Positions 39,701 through 48,503 of a stretch of DNA of 64,000 nucleotides are shown here, piece by piece. The notes under the pieces are model-generated. The model worked only from the letters and a program-made list of their open reading frames with translations, was not told the origin of the DNA and did no database searches. Made by a program: the position numbers and the translations under genes. The first letter of the stretch is position 1; the number at the start of each line of letters is the position of its first letter. The stretch is from Candidatus Nealsonbacteria bacterium (GTDB lineage Bacteria; Patescibacteriota; Minisyncoccia; Minisyncoccales; CSSED10-335): assembly GCA_019923605.1 (NCBI GenBank), contig JAHXGM010000001.1, positions 398-64,397 on the forward strand. The letters run 5' to 3'.

Positions 39701-39983
39701 AGATGATGATAAGAGAAGAGTTCTGGACTCTATGAAGAAGGATAAGGATGAAGATAAGGTTGCAGGTTTGAATATTCAAAGATATAAAGGTTTGGGAGAA
39801 ATGAATCCTTCTCAACTTTGGGAGACTACTATGAATCCTGATAATAGGATCTTAATAAGGGTTGAAATTGAAGATGTGAAAGAGGCAGATAGGATGTTTG
39901 ATGTTCTTATGGGAGAAGAAGTTCTTCCAAGAAAAAAATTTATTCAAGCTCATGCCAAAAAGGTAAGCAATTTAGATATTTAG
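36744..39983 (+). CDS. gyrB: DNA gyrase subunit B, interrupted in frame by a 434-aa intein
   Basis: GHKL ATPase N-terminus and the Toprim motif IVEGDSAGG. That motif is split by an in-frame insertion which is followed by [26 protein letters not shown]. Removing the insert gives a canonical 645-aa GyrB. Confidence 0.9.
   Translation: [1079 protein letters not shown]
38049..39350 (+). mobile_element. Intein in GyrB (Cys1 ... His-Asn, +1 Ser) with an HNH homing-endonuclease domain and a Lys/Glu/Trp-rich repeat region
   Basis: Starts with Cys directly after EGDSAGG (block A CFSGDTEV, block B TCTPDH). Ends ...[14 protein letters not shown] with Ser as the +1 extein residue. Internal HNH-like [29 protein letters not shown]. 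Length 1302 nt, in frame. Confidence 0.85.
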
Positions 39984-39988
39984 ACTGA

Positions 39989-40017
39989 TTGACAAAAGGC
40001 TTCCCTTTAGCTATTAT
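39989..40017 (+). promoter_or_regulatory. Near-consensus sigma70 promoter for secE-nusG-rplK (TTGACA-17-TATTAT)
   Basis: TTGACA at 39989-39994, 17-nt spacer, TATTAT at 40012-40017, 6 nt upstream of the secE ATG region. Confidence 0.55.
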
Positions 40018-40023
40018 CGACAT

Positions 40024-40224
40024 ATGGAAAAAAAAGGATTAATTATTAAGATTCGGACTTTTTTTAAGGAGGTTCGTCAAGAAACAAGAAAGGTTAACTG
40101 GCCTACCAAAAAAGAGGCAACTAGGTATACTTTTATTGTTATCGGTATTTCGGTAGCGGTGGCTGTGATTCTCGGAGGAATTGACTTTGTTTTCGTGTCA
40201 ATACTAAGGAATCTTGTATTTTAA
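40024..40224 (+). CDS. secE: Preprotein translocase subunit SecE
   Basis: 66 aa, single C-terminal TM, conserved position immediately upstream of nusG. Confidence 0.8.
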   Translation: MEKKGLIIKIRTFFKEVRQETRKVNWPTKKEATRYTFIVIGISVAVAVILGGIDFVFVSILRNLVF

Positions 40225-40226
40225 TT

Positions 40227-40772
40227 ATGTCAAAACAAAAATTATCACAACAAAAGAGATGGTATGTAATACATACCTATTCCGGATATGAAGAAGCCGT
40301 AGCCAAGAATTTGCGTCAGAGAGTTGAATCTATGGATATAGAGGATAAGATATTTAATATCGTTGTTCCTAAGGAAAAGAAGATTAAGATTAAGAATGGA
40401 AAAAGGAAGACCGTTGAGGAAAAGATCTATCCAGGATATGTTTTAGTTGAGATGATTGTTACCGATGATTCTTGGTATGTTGTTAGGAACACTCCTAATG
40501 TTACTGGTTTTGTGGGTGCTGGAACTACACCCCTTCCGCTTTCTGAAAAAGAAGTTGACCTTTTGAAGAAGAGGATGGGAGCAGATGTAGCTAAATATAA
40601 GATTGATGTTAAGGTAGGGGACATGGTCAAAATAACCGATGGTCCATTCAAAGATTTCGATGGAAAAGTTTCTGAGATTGACCCAGATCGTGGAAAGATA
40701 AAAGTTCTGGTAAATATGTTTGGAAGAGATACACCCGTTGAATTAGATTCATTGCAAATTAAGAAGATTTAA
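40227..40772 (+). CDS. nusG: Transcription termination/antitermination factor NusG
   Basis: NGN domain ([16 protein letters not shown]) and C-terminal KOW ([18 protein letters not shown]). Confidence 0.93.
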   Translation: MSKQKLSQQKRWYVIHTYSGYEEAVAKNLRQRVESMDIEDKIFNIVVPKEKKIKIKNGKRKTVEEKIYPGYVLVEMIVTDDSWYVVRNTPNVTGFVGAGTTPLPLSEKEVDLLKKRMGADVAKYKIDVKVGDMVKITDGPFKDFDGKVSEIDPDRGKIKVLVNMFGRDTPVELDSLQIKKI

Positions 40773-40777
40773 CTTTT

Positions 40778-41203
40778 ATGGCAAAAAAAATAAACGCAGT
40801 AGTCAAATTACAAATTGCTGCAGGAAAAGCAACTCCTGCGCCTCCAGTTGGTCCATCATTAGCTCAACATGGAATAAATATCGGTGATTTTTGTTCAAAA
40901 TTCAACGACGAAACAAGAGACAAAGAAGGTTTTACAATGCCAGTTGAAGTAACTGTTTTCCAAGACAGAACTTTCACTTTCAAAGTGAAGCAACCACCTG
41001 CATCGGAGCTTTTAAAGAAAGCAGCTGGAATTGAGAAAGGAACTAAGACTCCGGGAAAAGGTAAAGTTGGTAAAATAACTAGAGAACAGCTAAAAGAAGT
41101 TGCTGAGAAGAAAATGCCTGACCTTAATGCTGATGATATTGAAGCAGCTATGAGTATTATACAAGGAACAGCAAAGAACATGGGTATTGATATAGTAGAG
41201 TAG
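40778..41203 (+). CDS. rplK: 50S ribosomal protein L11
   Basis: L11 N-terminus ([32 protein letters not shown]). Confidence 0.94.
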   Translation: MAKKINAVVKLQIAAGKATPAPPVGPSLAQHGINIGDFCSKFNDETRDKEGFTMPVEVTVFQDRTFTFKVKQPPASELLKKAAGIEKGTKTPGKGKVGKITREQLKEVAEKKMPDLNADDIEAAMSIIQGTAKNMGIDIVE

Positions 41204-41244
41204 TTACTCTCTTTCATTAACGATTAATTTGTTATCATTTTATT

Positions 41245-41847
41245 ATGTCTTCTGATTTTTCGAAAAAATTTCAACATTTTTTTTCAAAGGCGAGCAATAT
41301 TGAACATCGATTTATTCCTGAATATCAAAAACTTGAAGAGATAATAATTGGACTAAAGAAAGAGGGGTATAAAATAGTTTTGACTCAAGGAGTTTATGAC
41401 CTTATTCACGAAGGTCATGCTCTTTATTTAGAGGCCGCTAAATCATATGGAGATGTTCTTGTGGTTGGCGTTGATTCTGATGAATTGACCCGATTAAGAA
41501 AAGGACCTAATCGACCGATAGTTCCTCAAGACGAAAGAATCAAAATGCTTGTTCACCTTCGTCATGTAGATATAGTCACTCTCCGAGAATCAAATCATGG
41601 AAATGGAGACCTTATTAGAACCATAAGGCCAGACGTCCTTATAACCTCAGCTAGTACTTCTGATTTTGCAGATGGACATAAAAAAGAATATAAGGATTAT
41701 TGTAAAGAAATAATAACTCTTCCTCCTCAGGCTGTAATATCTTCAACAGCCAGAATAAGGAATATCAACATAGAAGGTGCAGAGAATCTTGCCTGTGAGA
41801 TAAGAAAGATAACCGAAGAATTTATTGATAAGATTAAAAAAGGATAA
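41245..41847 (+). CDS. Cytidylyltransferase-like nucleotidyltransferase (RfaE domain II / HldE adenylyltransferase-like, HxGH family)
   Basis: KIVLTQGVYDLIHEGH (HxGH) ...VGVDSDE...RP...ERIKML..L..VD, matching the ADP-heptose synthase adenylyltransferase domain. Confidence 0.65.
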   Translation: MSSDFSKKFQHFFSKASNIEHRFIPEYQKLEEIIIGLKKEGYKIVLTQGVYDLIHEGHALYLEAAKSYGDVLVVGVDSDELTRLRKGPNRPIVPQDERIKMLVHLRHVDIVTLRESNHGNGDLIRTIRPDVLITSASTSDFADGHKKEYKDYCKEIITLPPQAVISSTARIRNINIEGAENLACEIRKITEEFIDKIKKG

Positions 41848-41851
41848 AACA

Positions 41852-42676
41852 ATGAAAGTAATCATTGCTTACATTCCAGCTATACATAGGGGTTATATTG
41901 ATTTCATTAATAAAAACCAGCCCAGCATAATATATTTGTTGGGTCTTGAGCTTGTTCGAGAAGTGCCACGATTAGAAAGAGATATTAGGGCTCTTGAGGC
42001 GTCGGAAGCGGTAAATGCTTTAAAGGGAATTGGATTGTTAGAAGTCTATGAGCTTACAAAAGAAAATATTACGAAATTAGATAATAGTATGGAAATAGTG
42101 ATGCCAGACGAAGATGTTAGTCATCACTTTAAAGAATCATACCTAAAAGAAATTCCTGTTCAATTTGTACCCGTATTTTTAAGATGGGACAAACATAATT
42201 CTTTTAAGAAAGATGTTGTTATATCAGACAATATTATTTCAAGAGAGTTGTTTGATAGAGAAGTTATGAATAGAGCAGTAGCTGAATCGGAAAAGAGTTC
42301 AGATTGGTGGCGTCAAGTTGGATCAGTCCTTGTGAAAGATAGCAAAATTATTTTTACGGGATTTAATAGACCATTACCTTCGGATCAAGTTCATAATATT
42401 TTTGGAGACCCTCGTAGCAACTTTGATTACGGTGTAAGCTTTGAACTTTCTAAATTTATACACGCTGAAGCCGGAATGATCGCTGAAGCAGCGAGGAGGG
42501 GAATTTCTCTTGAAGGGTCATCTATATATATTACGACATTTCCTTGTCCTGCTTGTGCTAAACTAATTACTTCAGCCGGGATTAAAAAAGTTTATTACAA
42601 AGAAGGTTATTCCCTACTTGATGCGGAAGATGTATTGAAATCTTTTAATATAGAGATAATAAAAGTTGAGGATTAA
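41852..42676 (+). CDS. dCMP deaminase (cytidine/deoxycytidylate deaminase zinc-binding domain) with an about 125-aa uncharacterised N-terminal domain
   Basis: C-terminal half HAEAGMIAEAARRG...TFPCPACAKLI (H-A-E and PC..C zinc ligands). The N-terminal 125 aa have no recognisable motif. Start taken at the Met after the upstream stop (ORF track began at 41825). Confidence 0.75.
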   Translation: MKVIIAYIPAIHRGYIDFINKNQPSIIYLLGLELVREVPRLERDIRALEASEAVNALKGIGLLEVYELTKENITKLDNSMEIVMPDEDVSHHFKESYLKEIPVQFVPVFLRWDKHNSFKKDVVISDNIISRELFDREVMNRAVAESEKSSDWWRQVGSVLVKDSKIIFTGFNRPLPSDQVHNIFGDPRSNFDYGVSFELSKFIHAEAGMIAEAARRGISLEGSSIYITTFPCPACAKLITSAGIKKVYYKEGYSLLDAEDVLKSFNIEIIKVED

Positions 42677-43128
42677 CCAACTCTGGTTAAAATAGGGGGC
42701 TTGTCTTTTTGTTCAGGGTCAGATGATATTAAGTGGGCATGTAGGTGAGTAATTGTTGCTCCGGTAAATTTTGTGTCTCCGAATCTAATAAAAGTAGTTC
42801 CACCTTTTATTTTTAATTCATCTGTTACTTCTGATATAATTTCTTGAAGCTCCGACCATCCTGTCGGAGTTATTTCTTTAATATTATCAATATGTTTTTT
42901 ATGTATGAAGAGGATGTGAAATTTTGCTCCCTCATAAGGGAACATATTATTGGTTGCAAGCCATGAATTTGTTTCTTTGAAAATCGGATTTTTATGGTAT
43001 TTTTTTAAGTGTTCAGCACAGAACGGACAAACCCCATCGTCTTTAATTTGTTTAATGTGGTTTGAATATTTTTCACTTCTATCATTTGGGCGGAGACTAT
43101 TATTTAAATTTACAAAATTTTCATTCAT
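42673..43128 (-). CDS. HIT (histidine triad) family nucleotide hydrolase/transferase
   Basis: HIT motif ITHLHAHLI and an N-terminal CPFC. Confidence 0.75.
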   Translation of the reverse strand: MNENFVNLNNSLRPNDRSEKYSNHIKQIKDDGVCPFCAEHLKKYHKNPIFKETNSWLATNNMFPYEGAKFHILFIHKKHIDNIKEITPTGWSELQEIISEVTDELKIKGGTTFIRFGDTKFTGATITHLHAHLISSDPEQKDKPPILTRVG

Positions 43129-43129
43129 A

Positions 43130-44017
43130 TTATATAGGCGTTGGAATATTCATCTTAGGGTGTGGATCATAATCTTCTAGTGTGAAGTGTTCGGGTCTAA
43201 AGTCAAAGATATTATCAATAGGTGAATTTATTCTAATAGTTGGAAGTTTTCTGGGCTCTCTTGATAGCAGCTCTTTAACTTTATCAAACTGGCTTTCATA
43301 TATATGAGCATCAGAAAAAGTATAAATAATGTCCTTTAGGGTATATCCGGTTAGTTGAGCTACCATGAGGCCAAATGAAGCATACTGGATCATGTTAAAG
43401 GGGACTCCTACTGGGAAATCAGCACTTCTTTGAAAGTGATGAATGGTTAATTCTTTTTTGTCTGGAAAGGCTAGAATATGAATCCATCCATGACAGGGGG
43501 CTACAACCACTTTTCTAGTCCTTTCGCTGTGTTGAATCGTATATTGAGGTATCCAGGGTGATATGAAATGAGTTCGGAGGTAAGGTCTCTCTTTGATTTG
43601 CCGAATAACTTCCTTTATTTGATTGAATGGTTCACCTTCTTTTGTTGGAAAAGCTGCCCAAGCAGCGCCATATGAACCATCTCCAAGGTCACCTTCTTCT
43701 AGGCCGAATATTTCACACTTTTCTTTGGTTACCCATTTTTCCCACCACTTACATCCAAACGATTCAAGTTCTTTTTGAGTCCTTGCGCCATTGAGAAAGG
43801 CGATGTGTTCAGCTAGAGCTCCTTTGAAGAATGATCCTGACAGATCACGTTCTGTTATAACCGGAAATCCATTATCTATATCATAACGTAATTGAATCCC
43901 GGGTATCATTTTTGCTTTTTCTCCATGTATTGGAAGAACATCACGACCATCTCTCATTATTCTTTCCAGCACTTGATGATATTGATTGTCTGGAGTACGA
44001 TCTTTGGGTAATTTCAT
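43130..44017 (-). CDS. thyA: Thymidylate synthase (ThyA family, divergent)
   Basis: Aligns by eye to E. coli ThyA: VAPCHGW / LAPCHAF (catalytic Cys), FQRSADFPVGVPFN / YQRSCDVFLGLPFN (specificity Asn kept), SDAHIY / GDTHLY, LSREPRKLP / LSREPRPLP, DYDPHP / GYDPHP. Start placed at MKLPKDR.. (44017) rather than the upstream Met at 44086. Confidence 0.8.
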   Translation of the reverse strand: MKLPKDRTPDNQYHQVLERIMRDGRDVLPIHGEKAKMIPGIQLRYDIDNGFPVITERDLSGSFFKGALAEHIAFLNGARTQKELESFGCKWWEKWVTKEKCEIFGLEEGDLGDGSYGAAWAAFPTKEGEPFNQIKEVIRQIKERPYLRTHFISPWIPQYTIQHSERTRKVVVAPCHGWIHILAFPDKKELTIHHFQRSADFPVGVPFNMIQYASFGLMVAQLTGYTLKDIIYTFSDAHIYESQFDKVKELLSREPRKLPTIRINSPIDNIFDFRPEHFTLEDYDPHPKMNIPTPI

Positions 44018-44084
44018 TTTTTTATTGATTAAATATATCTCTTGAGATAAAATATCATGGAAAGACAAAAGTGTCAAATTAAAC

Positions 44085-44789
44085 ATGAATAAAAAATCTG
44101 GAAAATTTATAGTTTTTGAAGGGCCTGATGGTTCAGGTAAGGCAACTCAAGCTCGTCTTTTAGCAACAGCCCTAAAGAATGAAGGGTATCAGGTTAAAGA
44201 AATAGATTTTCCGCAGTATGGGCACAAGTCCGCCGGTCTTGTGGAAAATTATTTGAGTGGAAACTATGGTTTAGCCGAAGAAGTGGGCCCTTACAGGGCT
44301 TCTATATTTTATGCTTGTGATAGATATGACGCATCTTTTATTCTTAAGAAGTGGATTGAAGAAGGCAATATTGTTATTGCAGATAGATACACTTCATCAA
44401 GTGCTGCTCATCAGGGGGGTAAAATAGGGGATAGTATGGAAAGGAAAAAATATCTTGATTGGCTATATAATCTTGAGTATGGTATCTTTGGAATACCTAA
44501 GCCAGATATTACCTTAATACTTAAAACTTCCGTTGAACTTTCTTATAAGCTTTCACTTAAAAATGAAGAGGATAAAAAAAAGAAGAAAGTTTCTCATCTT
44601 GGTAAAAAGGGGAGAGATATTCACGAAGAAGATTTTAATCATTTAGAGAACGCTTTTAATACTTATCTTTATTTGGCTCGGGAATATCCCAACGATTTTA
44701 AATTAATAGAATGTATTGATAATGGTGAATTAATGCCTGCCTTGGAAATACATAATAAAATTAAAAATATTATAGATAAAGAATTATGA
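44085..44789 (+). CDS. tmk: Thymidylate kinase
   Basis: P-loop FIVFEGPDGSGKATQ, DRY motif (IADRYTSS), LID region. Confidence 0.88.
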   Translation: MNKKSGKFIVFEGPDGSGKATQARLLATALKNEGYQVKEIDFPQYGHKSAGLVENYLSGNYGLAEEVGPYRASIFYACDRYDASFILKKWIEEGNIVIADRYTSSSAAHQGGKIGDSMERKKYLDWLYNLEYGIFGIPKPDITLILKTSVELSYKLSLKNEEDKKKKKVSHLGKKGRDIHEEDFNHLENAFNTYLYLAREYPNDFKLIECIDNGELMPALEIHNKIKNIIDKEL

Positions 44790-45274
44790 AAATATCAATT
44801 ATCGCTGCTATAGGAAAAAATAATGTAATTGGAGTTGATAACGGCTTGCCCTGGAATCTTCCGGCTGACATAAATCATTTCAAAAAAATGACCATCAATA
44901 AACCAGTTATTATGGGTCATAAAACATTTGAATCTATTGGAAAGCCATTGCCTAGTCGAGAAAATATAATATTGACCCTAGACAAGGATTTCGCACCAGA
45001 AGGATGTTTGGTGGCTTATTCAATAGAAGAGGCCTTAAAATTGGCAGGAGATGTCAAAGAGGTAATGATTATCGGAGGCGTTTCGATTTATAAGCAGTTT
45101 TTATCTTTTGCCGACAAGATGTATCTCACTTTGATTGATGGAGAGTTTGCGGGAGATGCTTTCTTCCCGGAATTTAATAAAAATGAATGGCAAGAGGTGG
45201 CAAGAGAAGATAATGAAGCGGATGAAATAAATCATTATAACTATTCCTTTATAACACTAGAAAGGAAAAAATAA
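44786..45274 (+). CDS. folA: Dihydrofolate reductase
   Basis: ISIIAAIGKNNVIGVDNGLPWNLPADINHFKKMT...VIMGHKTFESIG is a DHFR signature. Confidence 0.9.
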   Translation: MKISIIAAIGKNNVIGVDNGLPWNLPADINHFKKMTINKPVIMGHKTFESIGKPLPSRENIILTLDKDFAPEGCLVAYSIEEALKLAGDVKEVMIIGGVSIYKQFLSFADKMYLTLIDGEFAGDAFFPEFNKNEWQEVAREDNEADEINHYNYSFITLERKK

Positions 45275-45413
45275 ATATTTTAAGACTTAAAAGATGACTC
45301 GAGACTCTTTTTCTTTTTTTTGAAAAATGTTAAAGTTAATAAAAGATTTTTAAAAAATAATCATTGAAATTTAAAACAGGCATATTTGTTTGTGAATAGA
45401 TTTCAAGATCGTT

Positions 45414-46082
45414 ATGTCAAAAATAGCTAAAGCAATAGATCATACGGATATAAGAAAAGAAGCCAAGTTAACTGATATTAAAAAGGCTTGCAATGAGGCT
45501 AAGGAGTATGGTTTCCATGGGGTTTGCGTTAATCCTGAATGGACTAGCCTTGTTAGTAAAGAACTAGAAGGAACAGATGTGAAAACCGTTATATTAATAG
45601 ATCCTCCAATGGGGTTGTCATCACACTCAGAAAGGCTAAAAGTTTGTAATCAGGCCAAAAAAGATGGAGCTGATGAATTAGATATTGTAATGAATATCAT
45701 CGACATGAAGTATGAAAGATATGATAAGATTTTAAAAGACTTAACACCTCTTTGTAAATTACTACCGACCAAAGTAATCATCGGTTCAGGATTCTTAACT
45801 GATGAAGAAATTGAAAAAGCTTCAAAACTAGTTAAAAAGGCTGGTGCTTTTTGCGTTAAAACTGCAACATCAAAGGACCCGTTAGAGAATCGTGAAATGA
45901 AAGAGAAAGCACATCATATCAGATTAATGAAAAAGAATGCGCCTGGGTTAGTGATTAAGGCTTCCGGAAATATTAGAACATTGCAAGATATCAGGAAAAT
46001 GATGAATGCCGGTGCAGACATAGTTGGTACTAAGAGTGGTGTTCAAATAATGAAGGAATTAAATAAAGGAAAAAAGAAGTAA
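45414..46082 (+). CDS. deoC: Deoxyribose-phosphate aldolase
   Basis: IDHTDIRKEA...VCVNP and Schiff-base lysine context (FCVKTATS); 222 aa. Confidence 0.8.
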   Translation: MSKIAKAIDHTDIRKEAKLTDIKKACNEAKEYGFHGVCVNPEWTSLVSKELEGTDVKTVILIDPPMGLSSHSERLKVCNQAKKDGADELDIVMNIIDMKYERYDKILKDLTPLCKLLPTKVIIGSGFLTDEEIEKASKLVKKAGAFCVKTATSKDPLENREMKEKAHHIRLMKKNAPGLVIKASGNIRTLQDIRKMMNAGADIVGTKSGVQIMKELNKGKKK

Positions 46083-46088
46083 TCTATA

Positions 46089-47564
46089 ATGAAATATGAG
46101 CCAACGATCGGTTTGGAAGTGCATATAGAGCTTAATACTAGCTCGAAGATGTTCTGCTCATGCTTCAATGACTCAGAAGCCAAAGAGCCAAACATTAATA
46201 TTTGCCCGGTATGTACTGGACACCCGGGTACTCTTCCGGTTATTAATAAATCCGCCATTGATAAAATAATAAAAACTGGTCTGGCTTTAAATTGCACAAT
46301 ACCAGATTATTCTAATTTTGACAGAAAAAATTATTTCTATCCAGATCTTCCTAAGGGTTATCAGATAAGTCAAAATGAAAACCCATTTTGTCTAAAAGGA
46401 TTTCTTGAGATAGACGGAAAGAGGGTAGGCATTACCAGAATACATCTTGAAGAAGATGCTGGTAAATTAATACATCCTTTGGGTAGCAATCATTCTTTGG
46501 TTGATTTTAATAGAGCGGGAGTTCCATTAATGGAACTAGTAACTGAGCCAGATATTAAGTCTGCGCAAGAGGCAAAGAAATTTGTTGAAGAGCTAAGATT
46601 GATAATGAGATACCTTGGCGTTTCTAATGCTGACATGGAGAAGGGGGAATTAAGAGTTGATGCAAATATATCACTAGCATTACCAGGTGCAGAATTAGGG
46701 ACTAGGGCTGAAATAAAAAACCTTAATTCCTTTAGGTTTATTGAGAGAGCGATTGAATATGAAATAAAAAGACAAGCAGATATTTTAGACGAAGGCGACA
46801 AGATAATACAGCAAACAAGGGGTTGGGATGAAAACAAACAAGAGACTGTTTCTCAAAGAGAAAAGGAGGGATCTCATGATTATAGGTATTTCCCTGAACC
46901 AGACTTACCAGTAATTCATATTAAAAAACCTTTCATCAATTTAGAAATAATTAAATCAGCTATTCCCGAGCTTCCAAGTCAAAGACGCAAGAGATTTAAG
47001 AGTGAGTATGAGCTCACAGACAGAGAGATTGATTATTTGATATTTGATAAGGATTTAGCTAATTATTACGAAAAAGTAACAAGTGAGTTGTTAAACAGGA
47101 TAAAAGAGGTTGATTCAAAAGACGTTTCTGAAAAGAAAGAAGAGTTTAAACTTTATCGTATTGCCGCTAATTATCTTTTAACCGATCTTCAGGGGTTATT
47201 GAATGGGATGAGCGTTGTAAGCGAGGATTTCCTTATAGATCCGGAGAATTTTGCTGAATTCATCTGCATGGTTTATAAGGGCAGTATATCAAGTAGCATC
47301 GCAAAAAAGGTTATTAGGGAAATGTTTGAGACTGGAGGAGATCCATCAAATATCGTTACTGAGAAGGGGTTGACCGAGCTTAAGGATGAGTCTGAGATAG
47401 AGGTTATTATTCAGGAAGTTATATCTTCTAATACAAAGGCAGTTCAGGATTATAAAAATGGAAAAGAAGCTTCTTTTAAGTTTCTTGTTGGTCAGGTTAT
47501 GACTAAGTCAAAGGGTAGGGCAAATCCTCAAGCAGTAGACAATATACTAAAAAAGATTATTTAA
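46089..47564 (+). CDS. gatB: Asp-tRNA(Asn)/Glu-tRNA(Gln) amidotransferase subunit B
   Basis: MKYEPTIGLEVHIELNT..KMFCSC N-terminus and a GatB/YqeY C-terminal domain. Confidence 0.92.
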   Translation: MKYEPTIGLEVHIELNTSSKMFCSCFNDSEAKEPNINICPVCTGHPGTLPVINKSAIDKIIKTGLALNCTIPDYSNFDRKNYFYPDLPKGYQISQNENPFCLKGFLEIDGKRVGITRIHLEEDAGKLIHPLGSNHSLVDFNRAGVPLMELVTEPDIKSAQEAKKFVEELRLIMRYLGVSNADMEKGELRVDANISLALPGAELGTRAEIKNLNSFRFIERAIEYEIKRQADILDEGDKIIQQTRGWDENKQETVSQREKEGSHDYRYFPEPDLPVIHIKKPFINLEIIKSAIPELPSQRRKRFKSEYELTDREIDYLIFDKDLANYYEKVTSELLNRIKEVDSKDVSEKKEEFKLYRIAANYLLTDLQGLLNGMSVVSEDFLIDPENFAEFICMVYKGSISSSIAKKVIREMFETGGDPSNIVTEKGLTELKDESEIEVIIQEVISSNTKAVQDYKNGKEASFKFLVGQVMTKSKGRANPQAVDNILKKII

Positions 47565-47577
47565 TTTTACATACAAG

Positions 47578-47603
47578 AAAACCACCCTTGATGGGTGGTT
47601 TTT
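47578..47603 (+). terminator. Rho-independent terminator after gatB
   Basis: AAA-ACCACCC-TTGAT-GGGTGGT-TTTT. Confidence 0.75.
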
Positions 47604-47789
47604 GTTGATAAAATATCTGGTTAAAAATTCTCTTTTGATAATCTTCCAGAAGGTCTATTTTGCCATTAGTCTGGGGTCGACAAGGCCTGGTGTAAATATG
47701 TTTGATACCTAGTCTTCTCATTTCTTTTTCTTTCTGTTCTGCCCTTTAATGTTCTATAAAATTAAAATATCGCAAATGTAATCTTTTTT

Positions 47790-48503
47790 CTATTTCAACA
47801 CCGAAATATAGTTCTTCAGCATAAAAATAGTATCAGCTTTCAAATGTTTTTTAATCCACTCTTTTTCTTTTTCGCCACCGACTAATTCTCCCAATCCCTG
47901 GAGCATCTGACTACCTTTTCTTTTCTCTATGAACAAAAAACATTCTTCTAAGTATTCTTTGACTGATTTGCCAGTTTTTCTCTCAATTAATTCTTTATTA
48001 ATATCCCAATTATTTTTAGCAAAATAGTGAATATCATAAATATCTCGCATAGCAGTTTCTTTGCGATGAATCAGTGCAAATAACTTACTAGAAAACAAAT
48101 AATCCTTTCTAGCGACAAACATTGGGATGCCTAGATGCTCTCTTATTTCATAATACTCTTTGATATTTCCCATCAACTCTTTGGTGCTAATTTCAATCTT
48201 TATATTATGTTCATTATCACCATAAGAAAGCAGAGCAAACAATGTAAATTTTTTAATATATTGGTTCTTAATATCCCCATATTTACTCAATATATCAATA
48301 ATCTTTTCAAATACTATTTTTTCATTCTCTTTCTCCTTTGAAAGAAGATCAAAATCTAAATCAACCGAAAATCTTGATAAGTTGTAAAAAAAGTAGGCAC
48401 AGGTTCCTCCCTTAAGTCCTAAAAGAGGACTAATAGAAACATCAGAATAAAAATCTCTTAGAATTTTTCCCATAATTAGCTGGTGTTTTTCTCTATTTAG
48501 CAT
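47790..48503 (-). CDS. abiEii: AbiEii-like nucleotidyltransferase toxin (DUF1814 family, type IV toxin-antitoxin)
   Basis: LKGGTCAYFFYNLSRFSVDLDFDL resembles the AbiEii/DUF1814 GGT...RFS.D.DF motif. Overlaps the upstream partner gene by 11 nt. Confidence 0.6.
   Translation of the reverse strand: MLNREKHQLIMGKILRDFYSDVSISPLLGLKGGTCAYFFYNLSRFSVDLDFDLLSKEKENEKIVFEKIIDILSKYGDIKNQYIKKFTLFALLSYGDNEHNIKIEISTKELMGNIKEYYEIREHLGIPMFVARKDYLFSSKLFALIHRKETAMRDIYDIHYFAKNNWDINKELIERKTGKSVKEYLEECFLFIEKRKGSQMLQGLGELVGGEKEKEWIKKHLKADTIFMLKNYISVLK

Noticed and set aside
44018-44086. Longer N-terminus (MFNLTLLSFHDILSQEIYLINKK) for thyA.
   Set aside because: The ThyA alignment starts at MKLPKDR... (44017). The extension would overlap the divergent tmk start and leave no room for promoters.
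45275-45413. Possible hairpin or promoter in the folA-deoC spacer (GACTCGAGACTC, TTGAAA...).
   Set aside because: The inverted repeat is imperfect and no convincing -10 follows the TTGAAA. Too weak to call.
47604-47789. 185-nt non-coding stretch downstream of the AbiEii-like gene, checked for small ORFs and repeats.
   Set aside because: No ORF, repeat or tRNA-like structure recognised. Possibly a degraded remnant of an insertion, but nothing supports that.
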